This document shows, in pieces, positions 48,056 to 58,387 of a stretch of DNA of 64,000 nucleotides. The notes under the pieces are model-generated. The model ran no database searches. It was not told the DNA's origin and worked only from the letters and a program-made list of their open reading frames with translations. Made by a program: the position numbers and the translations under genes. The first letter of the stretch is position 1. Every line of letters starts with the position of its first letter. Where the stretch lies: positions 5,444-69,443 of the forward strand of contig JBCCHN010000005.1 of assembly GCA_039028695.1 (NCBI GenBank). Reading direction: 5' to 3'. This stretch comes from Pseudomonadota bacterium. Lineage in GTDB: Bacteria; Pseudomonadota; Alphaproteobacteria; Kiloniellales; Kiloniellaceae.

Positions 48056-49090
48056 GTGCTGCGGATCCCCGCTCTTCTGGTCGCCATCTACGCGCTGACC
48101 TTCATAAGTACCGAACAAGCCCATGCTCAGACGGCGCTTGAGGGCCATTTTATTGCCCAGGCGGCCTGTCCAGCGACCAAGAAGCTTACCAGCGACAATC
48201 CCGGCGAGATCGTGACCTCTGTCGGCCAAAGCTATGTTCTTCTCGGTGCCAACAATGAACCCGCGAGCCATTTTTTGATTCTGGTCCCCGACGCTCCCGT
48301 GACCGAGCGACGCTGGGTACCTGCGGCCTGCGGATTGATCGATATCCCTCCCCTTCCCTCTAACGATGACTCGGTTATCTCGACGGATCCCATCGAAAAC
48401 GTATTGGCAGCCTCCTGGCAACCCACCTTTTGCGCTACGGCCCGAGGCCGTACGAAGACCGAATGTCGAGCCCTTTCGCCAAACCGGCCCGAAGCAAGGC
48501 AGTTCTCCATTCATGGACTGTGGCCCGACGACCTGCACGACAGGGAGCATTTCCCCTGCTATTGCGACTTCGGCACCCCCCGATCCTGCGAGGGCTCGCA
48601 GCCTTCCGTATCCTCTCTATCGCTATCTACCCCTTTGCGCGCCAAGCTGAGCCGCCTCATGCCCGGCACCCGGTCCGGCCTGCACCTCTACCAATGGAGC
48701 AAGCATGGCTCCTGCTACGAAGACTTCAACTCAGGGCCGGAGGCCGGCGCCGATCCCGAGGAATACTACAGCGACACCATCTTGCTCATGGAGCAGCTCA
48801 ACGCCAGCGCCGTCGGCCGGCTTTTTGCCGACAACTTAGGGCAGGAACTTACCTTCGCTGAGGTGGCCACAGCTTTCGATAGGGCATTTGGTCCCGGCGC
48901 TGGCAAGAAGGTGACCATGACCTGCCGTACCGTCGACGGCCAAGCGATGATTTCCGAACTCTTGATCAACCTGGCCGGCGAGATCACCGCCGATAGCCGC
49001 CTGTCAAGCCACATCCAAACCGCCCCCACAAGAGCTACGTCGTCCAACCGACGGTCCTGCAAGGCTGGCATCGTACGCCGGGTTGAGTGA
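48056..49090 (+). CDS. secreted ribonuclease T2 family protein with an extra N-terminal domain
   Basis: Signal peptide ...FISTEQAHA. RNase T2 CAS-I FSIHGLWPD and CAS-II YQWSKHGSCY. About 100 residues precede the T2 core. Confidence 0.85.
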   Translation: MLRIPALLVAIYALTFISTEQAHAQTALEGHFIAQAACPATKKLTSDNPGEIVTSVGQSYVLLGANNEPASHFLILVPDAPVTERRWVPAACGLIDIPPLPSNDDSVISTDPIENVLAASWQPTFCATARGRTKTECRALSPNRPEARQFSIHGLWPDDLHDREHFPCYCDFGTPRSCEGSQPSVSSLSLSTPLRAKLSRLMPGTRSGLHLYQWSKHGSCYEDFNSGPEAGADPEEYYSDTILLMEQLNASAVGRLFADNLGQELTFAEVATAFDRAFGPGAGKKVTMTCRTVDGQAMISELLINLAGEITADSRLSSHIQTAPTRATSSNRRSCKAGIVRRVE

Positions 49091-49144
49091 AAAAACTCGA
49101 AAACGCCTCTGACTAAAGTGCAAATACAGCGACGGCAAAAACTT

Positions 49145-49891
49145 TCACCACAACGCCCTATTCATGTCCCCTAGACTGGTTTTTTGCCGGCCGTCGCCAT
49201 CGAAATTGTCTTCTGCCAGCCAGGTCACGAAATTCTCTCGCACCGCCGGCCATTCGCTGTCGATGATGGCGTAGTATGCCGTGTCCCGGTTTCGGCCCTT
49301 GGGCGTGTTGTGATTAAAAAACACTCCCTCGAAACGAAAGCCCAGCCGCAGGGCTGCGGAACGCGAACCGGTGTTCAGGGCATTGCATTTCCATTCCAGG
49401 CGCCGGTATTCCAAATCGGTCATGCCGTGATCCATCATCAGAAATAAAGCCTCGGTGGTCAGGACGGAATTCTGAAAAGGCGGTGCGAACCAGATGTGGC
49501 CGATCTCGTAGACCCCCACCAGCGGTCGGATCTCCAAGAAGCTGGCCATGCCGGCCAAGCCACCCCTTTTCATATCTCGGAGGGCAAAAAAGACCGTATC
49601 CGGATCAGCGGCACAGCCCCGCAGCCACTCGGTCATGGCCTCCGTATCGGCAAAGGGCCCATAGGGCAGATAGTCCCACAAGGCGAGCGCCGTCTCGTCC
49701 TCGTGGCCCACAGCAAAAAGGCCCTCGGCGTGTTTGCGCGGATCGATCGGCTCCAGCGCGACACGGGGACCTGCCAAGGGTAAGCGGCCGGGAAAAACCG
49801 CCGGCGGCAAGCTCTCCAACGGCCGGTCATTTAAGGCACGGCGGTTTTTCTGACTGGCAAAATCCTCAGGCGAGGCGAAATCGGCGGACAT
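49145..49891 (-). CDS. GNAT family N-acetyltransferase (RimJ/RimL-like)
   Basis: 248 aa. GNAT core ...YEIGHIWFAPPFQNSVLTTEALFLMMDH...RLEWKCNALNTGSRSAALRLGFRFEGVF. Confidence 0.8.
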   Translation of the reverse strand: MSADFASPEDFASQKNRRALNDRPLESLPPAVFPGRLPLAGPRVALEPIDPRKHAEGLFAVGHEDETALALWDYLPYGPFADTEAMTEWLRGCAADPDTVFFALRDMKRGGLAGMASFLEIRPLVGVYEIGHIWFAPPFQNSVLTTEALFLMMDHGMTDLEYRRLEWKCNALNTGSRSAALRLGFRFEGVFFNHNTPKGRNRDTAYYAIIDSEWPAVRENFVTWLAEDNFDGDGRQKTSLGDMNRALW

Positions 49892-50052
49892 GGTGTTTCC
49901 TCGGAAAAATCAATCGCGATGGGTCTGATTTAGACACCGAACTGGATTAAGAAAAGATCCGGTTCCCGCAAACTCGCGGGGCCAATTTGGAACAGGTCGC
50001 TTTGAAATCGACTGATCTCAATCCCGTTTTGACATGGTCTTGGCCGGCGCCG

Positions 50053-50873
50053 TTAGTTTGCCTTGCAGACCACAATGAGCTCGTTGCCATAGGATGGCGA
50101 CGTCCCTTTGAAGTCGGAATACTCTGCTTCGACTGTAAACCCCATTAAGGCCAAAAGATGATAGAGTTCCCATCGATGGGTCCAGCGCAAGGCCATCTCG
50201 CGGATATCTTCACGCAAAGTATCGCCGTTCTCATCGATTTCCGCATAGCGCCACAGATCTCTGCGCACCTGTGCCATATAATCAAAATCCGTGCGCAAAA
50301 CCTCCGCCAGAAACCGCCTGCCGGTCACCTCATCCAACGAGATGCTCTGGGGGATGGCCGTCCCACCTTTCAAGAGCAGATCGAGACGCGGGTCAAAGAG
50401 ATGAAGTGCCAAGCGACCGCCCGGGGCCAGGTGCGCGCGCAAAGCCGATAGGGTCTTTCGTTGGTCGGCGATTGAAAGCAAATGCTGAAAGGACCGAAAG
50501 GGGACAAAAGCGAAGGCAAAGCTTCGGTCCAAGCTTAAAGCCGCCATATCCTGGCAGAGCCATTCAATTCGCTGCTGGCATGCAAGCGGCAACGCCTGCG
50601 CCTTGGCTTTGGCGACCGAGAGCATTCCTTCCGAGAGGTCTATTGCCGTGATCTCAAACCCCGCTTGTGCCAAGGGCAAGGTTATGCGGCCCGTACCGCA
50701 AGCCACTTCCAAGATGGGCCCATACGCCTCCGCGGCCAAAGCCTCGTAAAATTGCAGATCCCCGGCGATCTGGGCGTATCGGTCCGGTAGAGGATATCAT
50801 AGGCCTCCACAAATATTGACTGAGCCCCATCGTAAAAATCAGACAAGTCCGCCTCCCCAATTGGTTGCATCAA
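50053..50873 (-). pseudogene. class I SAM-dependent methyltransferase split by a 1-nt frameshift (or an assembly error)
   Basis: The N-terminal part MQPIGEADLSDFYDGAQSIFVEAYDILY is in one frame (from 50870). The continuation DRYAQIAGDLQFYEALAAEAYGPILEVACGTGRITLPLAQAGFEITAIDLSEGML is in another frame. Adding one C at the TAC-CGG junction (about 50785-50787) restores ...YDILYPDRYAQIAGDLQFY.... Confidence 0.55.
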
Positions 50874-50951
50874 GGATAACGGCTACTGCTCATTTTGACG
50901 ACTTTGCTTTCAAATTTTTTTTTGAGGTCCGCCAACTTGCAAACCGGCCCC

Positions 50952-51722
50952 TCACCCACGGCGGGCGACCACGATGGGCTGGTAATAACCGCTCTCGGCA
51001 GGCTCGACCCAGTGGACTTGCTCCAAATCAGCGGCCCGCAGTGCCGCTGCCAACTCTTTTCGGGTCACACACCAATAGTCTGTTGAGAAAATCATTGTGT
51101 CGGCCACCAAACTATCAGGCTGGTGCTGGAGGATATACTGATTGACCCGGTAGCCCTGGCCGTCGTGGCGCCAGTCCCAGGTTTGAAACACCACGCGGCG
51201 ACCCTCGGGCCCGTCCAAGACCCGTGCCACCTCGGCCCGAGGCCGGCTTTCCTTAAGAGCGTCGTAATCCCGCAAGCTGGCGATCAAGAGGCCGCCAGGG
51301 GCCAACAAGCTGGCCATCTCGGCCAATGCCAGAGGCAGGTCTTCCCGCTCCAAGTGGGGCAAGGCATTATCAAAGGCGCAGACCACATCGAAGGGGCCGG
51401 AGTAATAGCCTGACAGGGCCCGCAGGTCGGCCACGGAAAACTTGATGGGCAGCTCCGAGGCCTCGGCTTCGCGCTTGGCCCGGGCCACGGCCACCGGGCT
51501 GAGATCGCTGGCCCGCACATCATGGCCCTGCCCGGCCAGCCCCAAGGCCTGGGTACCGATGCCGCAGGCGCCGTCCAAGATCTTTTTCGGACCCGGCCCC
51601 AGCTCCTCGCTCAAGAGAGCGGTTATGAGTTTGCCCTGTCGCTGAACGGTCATCCCCCAGTCGTCAAAAAGGAGGTGATAATAAGCGCTCAAGTCATCGT
51701 AAAATTGGGCAACGTCGGCCAT
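50952..51722 (-). CDS. class I SAM-dependent methyltransferase
   Basis: 256 aa. Motif I ILDGACGIGTQALGLAGQGHDVRASDLS. Confidence 0.85.
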   Translation of the reverse strand: MADVAQFYDDLSAYYHLLFDDWGMTVQRQGKLITALLSEELGPGPKKILDGACGIGTQALGLAGQGHDVRASDLSPVAVARAKREAEASELPIKFSVADLRALSGYYSGPFDVVCAFDNALPHLEREDLPLALAEMASLLAPGGLLIASLRDYDALKESRPRAEVARVLDGPEGRRVVFQTWDWRHDGQGYRVNQYILQHQPDSLVADTMIFSTDYWCVTRKELAAALRAADLEQVHWVEPAESGYYQPIVVARRG

Positions 51723-51755
51723 GGCGAGAAATTTTGCCCGCTCTAGATTAAAAGC

Positions 51756-52760
51756 TCAAGCAAAGCGCAGCTGTTGGCCGATGCCTCGCTCGGCGGCTTT
51801 ATGCAGCATCGCCATGCCCAAGGCAATATCCGAAAGGGACAGTCCCCGGTGCCAAAAGAGGATGGTCTCCTCGGCCGACTCCCGCCCCGGCCGTTGCCCC
51901 GTTACCACCTGGCACAGCTCGCCGGAAAGAGTCTCAGCCGAGAGTTTGCCTGCCTCCACATGGGCCCGCAGAGAGCCCAGCTTGCCGCCTTGGCACTGGC
52001 CCCAATCATCGACATAAAGCTTGTCCATGACATCGGTCAGGCTCAGCTCGACCGCCGACATGGTGCCATAGGGAATGACACAGGCGCCCGGCTTGACCCA
52101 GTCGGTTTTGAAGTGGGGATGGGGCGCGGGCAGGCGCGAGGCCTCGACCATGATATCCGCGCCCTCCAGGCAACTTTGCCAATCAGCCACCGCCTGGACC
52201 GGGCGTCCCAAGTCTTGGGTTAGGCGTTCGGCAAAGGGTTCGCGACTTTCCGGTCGGCGGGAATGCACCCGAATCTCTTCCAAATCAAAGAGATGGTTCA
52301 TGAGTCGCACATTCCAGTAGGCGGACCCACGCGCTCCTATGTGGCCCAAAGACCGGCTGTCCGTACGGGCCAGGTACTTGGCACCCAGAGCGCTCATGGC
52401 GCCCGTGCGCATCTCCGTAATGGCCGTGGCATCCAGCAAGGCCTTGGGCATGCCGGTGGTGGGATCAAAGAGGTTTAAGAGCGCCATCTCAGACGGCAGC
52501 CCCTGCTTATAGTTATCCACATAATCGCCGACGATCTTCACACCAGCCGCGCGCAAGGGCTCAATATAGCCGCGCAGGACATTGAAATGGCCGTTAAATT
52601 TCGGATCAGGCTCGAGATGGACGCGGGGCTCGATCACCGTTTGGCCCAGCCCCTGGGCACGCAATCCCGCCTCAACCGCATCCAGAATTTCCTGGTCCGT
52701 CATCTCCAATCGATCAATGTCCGGTCCATTGAGGTAGGTAAAGAAAATCTCCGACATCAT
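51756..52760 (-). CDS. ornithine cyclodeaminase / mu-crystallin family protein
   Basis: 334 aa. Rossmann motif LGHIGARGSAYWNV and OCD-like N-terminus. Its start overlaps the hutF stop by 4 nt. Confidence 0.8.
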   Translation of the reverse strand: MMSEIFFTYLNGPDIDRLEMTDQEILDAVEAGLRAQGLGQTVIEPRVHLEPDPKFNGHFNVLRGYIEPLRAAGVKIVGDYVDNYKQGLPSEMALLNLFDPTTGMPKALLDATAITEMRTGAMSALGAKYLARTDSRSLGHIGARGSAYWNVRLMNHLFDLEEIRVHSRRPESREPFAERLTQDLGRPVQAVADWQSCLEGADIMVEASRLPAPHPHFKTDWVKPGACVIPYGTMSAVELSLTDVMDKLYVDDWGQCQGGKLGSLRAHVEAGKLSAETLSGELCQVVTGQRPGRESAEETILFWHRGLSLSDIALGMAMLHKAAERGIGQQLRFA

Positions 52761-54145
52761 GGCTCTCCATCCAATAAGGCTTTCAAGACCTCGCCGTAGC
52801 GATTTGAAATTTCATCCTCTTTGGCATGATGTCCGGACTCGACACACCAGACTCCACCGACCATGACATCACGCACCGGGTTATCATTGCCGGCGAAAAC
52901 CATGGCGTCCAAGATCAGGTCCCCCGCTTTGCCCATCAGGCTGCGGTTATCCGGATCCAGCACCAGCAGGTCGGCCCGGGCACCCTCTGCTAAGCGCCCG
53001 ATTGGGCGGCCCAGCGCCTGGGCGCCGCCGGACAAGGCAACCCGGTACAGCCCCGCGCCCACGGAGCTCTCGGCTTCGCTCACCAGCACGTTCCGCTGGC
53101 GGGAGATGAGCCGTTGGCCATATTCGAACCAGCGCAATTCCTCAACAGGACTCACGGAGATATGGCTGTCCGAGCCGATGCCCCAAAGCCCGCCTGCTTC
53201 ATAAAAAGCTGGTGCGGGGAAAATCCCATCGCCCAGATTGGCCTCTGTGGTGGGACACAAGCCAGCTACGGCGCGGCTTTGGGCCAGACTAAGCGTCTCC
53301 TCATCACTCAAGTGGGTGGCGTGCACCAAGCACCAGCGTGGTCCTACATTGACATGGGACAAGAGCCAATCCACCGGCCTTTGCCCCGACCAAGCTTGGC
53401 AGTCCGCAACCTCCTTGGTCTGCTCGGCGATATGAATGTGAATCGGGGCAGACGGTGCGATCGCCTCCAGCCCTTCTAACACTTTGCCCAAGCTTTCCTC
53501 CGTCACGGCTCGCAAAGAATGGGGAGCGATGCCAAAATTCACTTGATGCGATTGATGAACTTTATCTGCCACCTTATTCAGTAGATTAAGATATCGATCA
53601 GGATCATTCAAAAAGCGCCTTTGCCCCTCTCCCGCCGCCTGGCCGCCGAATCCGCCATAGCCATAGAGAACGGGCAAGTGGGTCAGCCCAATCCCGGTGG
53701 CCCCGGCGGCGGCGAAAATCCGCTCGGACATTTCCGCCAAATTGTCATAGGGGCGCCCATCCGGCCCATGGTGCAAATAGTGGAACTCGCCTACCGCCGT
53801 ATAGCCGGCCTTGAGCATTTCCATGTAAAGGGCCGCGGCAATGGCTTCCACTTGATCCGGATTGAGGCGGGCCAAAAAGCCGTACATGACCTCGCGCCAG
53901 GTCCAAAAGCTGTCCTTGCCGGGTCCGGCCCGCTCGGCTAATCCGGCCATGGCCCGCTGAAAGGCGTGGGAATGCAAATTAGGCATGCCCGGCACCACCG
54001 GCCCGACGGCCCGCGGCGCATCGACTGGATCCGACCCCGGCGTAACGCCAGTAAGAAACCCGTCCCCGTCGATTTCAAACATAACGTCATCTGCCCAGTC
54101 GGTGGACAGCAGCGCCTGCGGCGCGAAGAGTCGCGTTTCACTCAT
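52757..54145 (-). CDS. hutF: formimidoylglutamate deiminase
   Basis: Amidohydrolase motif VPGMPNLHSHAFQRAMAGLAE and overall HutF-like sequence, in hut context. Start at ATG 54145 (MSETRLFAPQALL) preferred over TTG 54169. Confidence 0.85.
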   Translation of the reverse strand: MSETRLFAPQALLSTDWADDVMFEIDGDGFLTGVTPGSDPVDAPRAVGPVVPGMPNLHSHAFQRAMAGLAERAGPGKDSFWTWREVMYGFLARLNPDQVEAIAAALYMEMLKAGYTAVGEFHYLHHGPDGRPYDNLAEMSERIFAAAGATGIGLTHLPVLYGYGGFGGQAAGEGQRRFLNDPDRYLNLLNKVADKVHQSHQVNFGIAPHSLRAVTEESLGKVLEGLEAIAPSAPIHIHIAEQTKEVADCQAWSGQRPVDWLLSHVNVGPRWCLVHATHLSDEETLSLAQSRAVAGLCPTTEANLGDGIFPAPAFYEAGGLWGIGSDSHISVSPVEELRWFEYGQRLISRQRNVLVSEAESSVGAGLYRVALSGGAQALGRPIGRLAEGARADLLVLDPDNRSLMGKAGDLILDAMVFAGNDNPVRDVMVGGVWCVESGHHAKEDEISNRYGEVLKALLDGEP

Positions 54146-54217
54146 CAGGTCATGTCCCCAGAGCTTCAATGGAAAAGCGGCGTCCCTTTGCGCCCGGCGC
54201 AGCTTATGTCATAAGAC

Positions 54218-54229
54218 TTGTCTATACAA
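54218..54229. promoter_or_regulatory. HutC-type operator candidate (hutF/hutI divergent region)
   Basis: TTGTCTATACAA is a near-palindrome of the TGTA-N2-TACA type, centred in the 121-bp hutF-hutI intergenic region. Confidence 0.6.
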
Positions 54230-54266
54230 CTAACGCCCCCTCAAGACGACGGACACAGCAAAAAGC

Positions 54267-55478
54267 ATGTGGGATACCCTTTGGATCAATGTCCGCCTGG
54301 CCACCATGGCCGGCCCCGCTCCTTATGGCGCAATCGAAAAGGGGGCTTTGGCCATTGCGGACGGCAAACTTACTTTTGTGGGACCCGCCAGAGAAATACC
54401 CGGCCCACCAGACACACTTGCCAAAGAGGTCCACGACCTAGAGGGCCGCTGGGCGACGCCAGGCCTGATCGACTGTCACACCCATCTGGTTTATGGGGGC
54501 GACCGAGCCGGGGAATTCGAAATGCGCCTTCAGGGCGCGTCCTATGAAGAGATCGCCCGGGCCGGTGGCGGCATTCGCTCGACCGTGGCAGCCACCCGCG
54601 CTGCCGATGAGGAGGCCTTAACGGCCAAGACCCGGCCCTTGCTGGGCAGCCTGCTGTCTGAAGGGGTCACCGTCGTGGAGGTCAAGTCGGGCTATGGCTT
54701 GGACCTGGAGAACGAACTAAAACAGCTTCGGGTCGCCCGCCGTTTGAGGGAAACTGCGCCGGTCACGGTGCGCACCAGCTTTCTCGGCGCCCACGCCCTG
54801 CCGCCGGAGTTCGAGGGTCGCTCAGACGACTACATCGGCCAGGTGATTGCCATGTTGCCGGAGGTACGGGCATCTGGTTTAGCCGACGCAGTTGATGCCT
54901 TTTGCGAAAAAATCGCCTTCTCACCAGAACAAATCGACCGACTTTTCACCGCAGCTGTGAACCAAGGCTTTGCGGTCAAATTGCATGCCGATCAATTGTC
55001 TGATTTAGGGGGCGCGGCCCTGGCCGCCAAACACCTAGCCCTTTCGGCCGACCATCTGGAATACACCAACGAAGCCGGCATTGCGGCCATGGCAAAAAGC
55101 AACACGGTTGCGGTTTTGCTGCCCGGCGCCTTTTATTTCTTGCGGGAGACCAAGCTGCCGCCGTTGGATCTTTTCCGCAAAGCGGGCGTTCCCATCGCCC
55201 TCGCCACGGACTCCAACCCGGGCTCTTCGCCGGTTGCATCCTTGCTGCTCATGCTCAGCATGGCCTGCACCCTCTTCCGCATGACGCCGGAGGAAGCCCT
55301 CTTGGGCGTCACCAAAAACGCCGCCCAGGCCCTGGGTCTGTCAGAAAGTCACGGCACCTTGGAGGTGGGTAAGGCCGCCGATTTTGCCACCTGGAACATC
55401 AACCAGCCGGCCGAACTGGCCTATCGCTTTGGGTACAATCCTCTGCACTATGTCGTACAGCGGGGACGCGTCCGCTAA
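54267..55478 (+). CDS. hutI: imidazolonepropionase
   Basis: 403 aa. [43 protein letters not shown]. Confidence 0.93.
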   Translation: MWDTLWINVRLATMAGPAPYGAIEKGALAIADGKLTFVGPAREIPGPPDTLAKEVHDLEGRWATPGLIDCHTHLVYGGDRAGEFEMRLQGASYEEIARAGGGIRSTVAATRAADEEALTAKTRPLLGSLLSEGVTVVEVKSGYGLDLENELKQLRVARRLRETAPVTVRTSFLGAHALPPEFEGRSDDYIGQVIAMLPEVRASGLADAVDAFCEKIAFSPEQIDRLFTAAVNQGFAVKLHADQLSDLGGAALAAKHLALSADHLEYTNEAGIAAMAKSNTVAVLLPGAFYFLRETKLPPLDLFRKAGVPIALATDSNPGSSPVASLLLMLSMACTLFRMTPEEALLGVTKNAAQALGLSESHGTLEVGKAADFATWNINQPAELAYRFGYNPLHYVVQRGRVR

Positions 55479-55485
55479 GCCGGAC

Positions 55486-56301
55486 TTAATCGACTTCCAG
55501 CTCCGCCCAAGCCAGCATGGTTTGAATCAGGCCGGCAATCACCGGCCGGATCTTTTCAGCCAGGTCTTCCCGGAAGGCGTAGGGCGGGTCTTCATTCATG
55601 TAGGTGGACTGGGACAGCTCCAACTGAATGGCATGTATCGCTTTGTCCGGCGCGCCGTAATGGCGGGTGATATAGCCCCCCTTGAAACGGCCGTCCACCA
55701 CGTGGGTCACGCCCAGGTGCCCGGCGTCCCGTGCCACGGCCCCCAAGATGTCGGTTAAGCTTTCCCCGGCCGCCTGGCCATCCGCACTGCCAATATTCAG
55801 ATCGGGCAGATTTCCGTCGAAAAAGCGCGGCACCTGACTGCGGATGGAATGGGCGTCCCACAACAAGGCGATGCCATGCTCGGCTTTCAAGCGAGCGAGC
55901 TCTCCAGCCAAGGCCTCGTGATAGGGCAGCCAATAGGCTTCGCGCCTCTCTTCGATTTCGCCGCGCATGGGCTCCTGCCCCGTCAGATATATAGGCTGAT
56001 CGTCGAATGTGGAGGTGGGACAGAGCTCTGTGTTGTTGGCTCCCGGGTAAAGCGGTAATCCGTCCGGCGCCCGGTTCAAGTCGATCACGTAGCGAGAGTG
56101 CCGCGCCTTTACGACCGATGCACCCAGGTCCTGCAAAAAATCATAGAGCCGGGGAATATGCCAATCCGTGTCGGGCAAAGCTTGAGCCTCTCGCGTAAAG
56201 CGTTGGCCGATATCATCAGGCACCTGTGTCCCGCTGTGGGGCATGGAGACCAACAAAGGTGTCGAACCCGACGTAAATTCAAAAACCTCCATGGGCGGCA
56301 C
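55486..56301 (-). CDS. hutG: N-formylglutamate amidohydrolase
   Basis: 271 aa. TPLLVSMPHSGTQVP and FGase-like body. Together with hutF it indicates the five-step Hut pathway. Start is GTG 56301 or ATG 56292. Confidence 0.88.
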   Translation of the reverse strand: MPPMEVFEFTSGSTPLLVSMPHSGTQVPDDIGQRFTREAQALPDTDWHIPRLYDFLQDLGASVVKARHSRYVIDLNRAPDGLPLYPGANNTELCPTSTFDDQPIYLTGQEPMRGEIEERREAYWLPYHEALAGELARLKAEHGIALLWDAHSIRSQVPRFFDGNLPDLNIGSADGQAAGESLTDILGAVARDAGHLGVTHVVDGRFKGGYITRHYGAPDKAIHAIQLELSQSTYMNEDPPYAFREDLAEKIRPVIAGLIQTMLAWAELEVD

Positions 56302-56397
56302 TCACTTTTTCTGTCGCAAATCCGAGAGTTATGACCGAGACAGGGGATGAGCCCTGCGACCCTGCCTGTCAAGGCCAGCTGGCAAAGATTGGGGAAC

Positions 56398-56410
56398 CTG
56401 TCTATACAAG
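56398..56410. promoter_or_regulatory. HutC-type operator candidate (hutG/hutC divergent region)
   Basis: CTGTCTATACAAG has the same core TGTCTATACA as the 54218 site. Confidence 0.55.
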
Positions 56411-56435
56411 TGTCGACAGCAGCAGGCTTAGACCA

Positions 56436-57182
56436 TTGGACAGTTCTCTATCTCTTTCCCAGGAGCCGACGAAGGCTCCGCTCTACCAGCAAGTTAAAGA
56501 TGCGGTGGTGGAACGGATTCTGGACGGGCAGTGGCCCGAGGGTAGCAAGGTCCCTTCCGAAAATGAGATGACCCAAAGCCTGGGCGTCAGCCGAATGACC
56601 ATTAATCGGGCGCTGCGTGAACTTACCGCGGAAGGCTGGCTGGATCGGGTCCAAGGAGCAGGCAGTTTCGTCGCCGGCCCCCGCCCCCAATCCGCCGTGC
56701 TGTCGATCCAAAGCATCGCCGCGGAAATCCAGGCACGGGGCCATCGCCATTCATCAGAATTACACCTCCTACGACAGGAACCGGCCCGCCGCCTCGAGGC
56801 CGCCAAACTGGGAATCGCGCCCGGACACCCGCTTTTTCATTCGGTTATCCTGCATCGAGAGAACGGAGTTCCCGTTCAGTTGGAAGACCGCTTCGTCAAT
56901 CCGGCCTCAGCGCCCGACTACCTGGAACAGGACTTCAACAGCCTGACCCCTTATGACTACCTCATTGCCACCGCCCCCCTGCGCGATGCCGAGCACACGA
57001 TTCGCGCTGTCATCCCAAGAGCTCGGGAGTGCAAGTTATTGCAGATTGAGGCAGCAACCCCTTGTTTGGTGCTGGAACGGCGCACTTGGTCTGGCGAGCA
57101 TGCGGTCACCTGGGCCATTTTCACCCACCCGGGGAACCGCTATCAATTGGGTGGCCATTTTAAGGGTCAGGGCAGCTCTTGA
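56436..57182 (+). CDS. hutC: histidine utilisation repressor, GntR/HutC family
   Basis: PLYQQVKDAVVERILDGQWPEGSKVPSENEMTQSLGVSRMTINRALRELT plus a UTRA domain. The TTG at 56436 gives 248 aa and leaves a real promoter region. The ORF-track start at 56331 would bury the operator and leave only 29 bp to hutG. Confidence 0.85.
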   Translation: MDSSLSLSQEPTKAPLYQQVKDAVVERILDGQWPEGSKVPSENEMTQSLGVSRMTINRALRELTAEGWLDRVQGAGSFVAGPRPQSAVLSIQSIAAEIQARGHRHSSELHLLRQEPARRLEAAKLGIAPGHPLFHSVILHRENGVPVQLEDRFVNPASAPDYLEQDFNSLTPYDYLIATAPLRDAEHTIRAVIPRARECKLLQIEAATPCLVLERRTWSGEHAVTWAIFTHPGNRYQLGGHFKGQGSS

Positions 57183-57319
57183 TGCCAGGCCGACGCCTAC
57201 CCGCCGTCGATTTTAGCCGCGTATCAAGAGATCATCAAGCGCAGTAGAATTTTCCATGTTCTGAATTTTTTCATAATTTTAGAAACTTTTTCTAATTCTA
57301 AAAATTAATGAAGGAACGC

Positions 57320-58387
57320 CTAGTTGGGACCCGTAAGAACTTTTTGTACCAATACCGGCTCGGCAATGTTTTTCAGCTTTTGATGCCCGCTCGGCCGAAG
57401 ATCATAATCCGGCCCGAGCCGTCGCGCCGTTTCCGGACCAATGACTAAGTCGCCGTTTTGCGCCACGCCGGCCAAGCGGGCGGCTAAGTTGATAACGCTG
57501 CCGTTGGCCGTGAAGACCCAACGGGCGCCCCTCTTCCCCTCATAACGCGTAGAGCCAACCAAAGCGGGGCCGGAGTTAATGCCAAGATGAACCCCGAGAG
57601 GCTCAAGGGTGCTGTGTGCATTCAAGCTCTGTGTCGTGCGGAGTAAATCCAACCCTGTGTCAACAGCCGTGCGAGCATGCCAAGCACCCTCGCTAGACTG
57701 AAAAATAACCATAAGCGCATCGCCCGCGGTGTTACTCACATCGCCGCCGGCATCGTGAATAACATCCAAGAAGGCGGAAAAATACTGTTCCACCGTTTGA
57801 TTGAGCTGGCTCGCCTCCACGGTTTCGCACAGCCGGGTGTAGCCACTGATGTCCAAAAATAAGACGGAAATATCGGATTCTCGAATCCCAAGCTCTGGGG
57901 CTTCGGGGTTTTTTCGCACCAAATGTTTGACGGTTTCCGGAACAAATTTCTCAAAATGATCCTGGATTTTCGCCAAACGGCCAATCTTATTATCCATCGC
58001 TTTTTTGGTGCGTAGGGCTGTGGCAATGCGCGCGGTCAATTCCCTCTCGTTGACCGGCTTCGTCAAAAAATCATCGGCGCCCGCTTCGATGCCTTTAATA
58101 CGGTCTTCAAAACCATCCAAGGCGGTCATGATAATAATCGGAATTAAAGCCGTATCCGCATCAGCCTTTAGGCGGCCACACACCGCAAATCCATCCAGGA
58201 CAGGCATCATCACATCCAACAGGATCAAGTCAGGCGGACTTGCGGCAACCTTATTCAGCGCTTCCTGCCCATTACAGGCGGCTTGGGTCTCATAGCCCAA
58301 AAAGCTGAGTTCCTGTTCGAGCAAGTCGACGTTAAAAGGCTCGTCATCGACGATGAGAATGGTCCCTTTGGCGGTGAGATCGGTCAT
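57320..58387 (-). CDS. response regulator receiver fused to a class III adenylate/guanylate cyclase domain
   Basis: REC: [10 protein letters not shown]...[14 protein letters not shown]...LTKP. Cyclase: [12 protein letters not shown]...GDALMVIF...[10 protein letters not shown]. Its ATG overlaps the upstream kinase stop (ATGA). Confidence 0.88.
   Translation of the reverse strand: MTDLTAKGTILIVDDEPFNVDLLEQELSFLGYETQAACNGQEALNKVAASPPDLILLDVMMPVLDGFAVCGRLKADADTALIPIIIMTALDGFEDRIKGIEAGADDFLTKPVNERELTARIATALRTKKAMDNKIGRLAKIQDHFEKFVPETVKHLVRKNPEAPELGIRESDISVLFLDISGYTRLCETVEASQLNQTVEQYFSAFLDVIHDAGGDVSNTAGDALMVIFQSSEGAWHARTAVDTGLDLLRTTQSLNAHSTLEPLGVHLGINSGPALVGSTRYEGKRGARWVFTANGSVINLAARLAGVAQNGDLVIGPETARRLGPDYDLRPSGHQKLKNIAEPVLVQKVLTGPN

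Noticed and set aside
56331-56435. ORF-track 5' extension of hutC (start at 56331)
   Set aside because: It would leave only 29 bp to the divergent hutG and would place the HutC-type palindrome inside the coding region. The TTG at 56436 gives a typical 248-aa HutC.
57275-57306. AT-rich imperfect inverted repeat (AATTTTAGAA ... TTCTAAAAATT) between the convergent hutC and cyclase genes
   Set aside because: It is imperfect, sits in very low-complexity AT-rich DNA, and could simply be a terminator or spacer. There is not enough support for a specific function.
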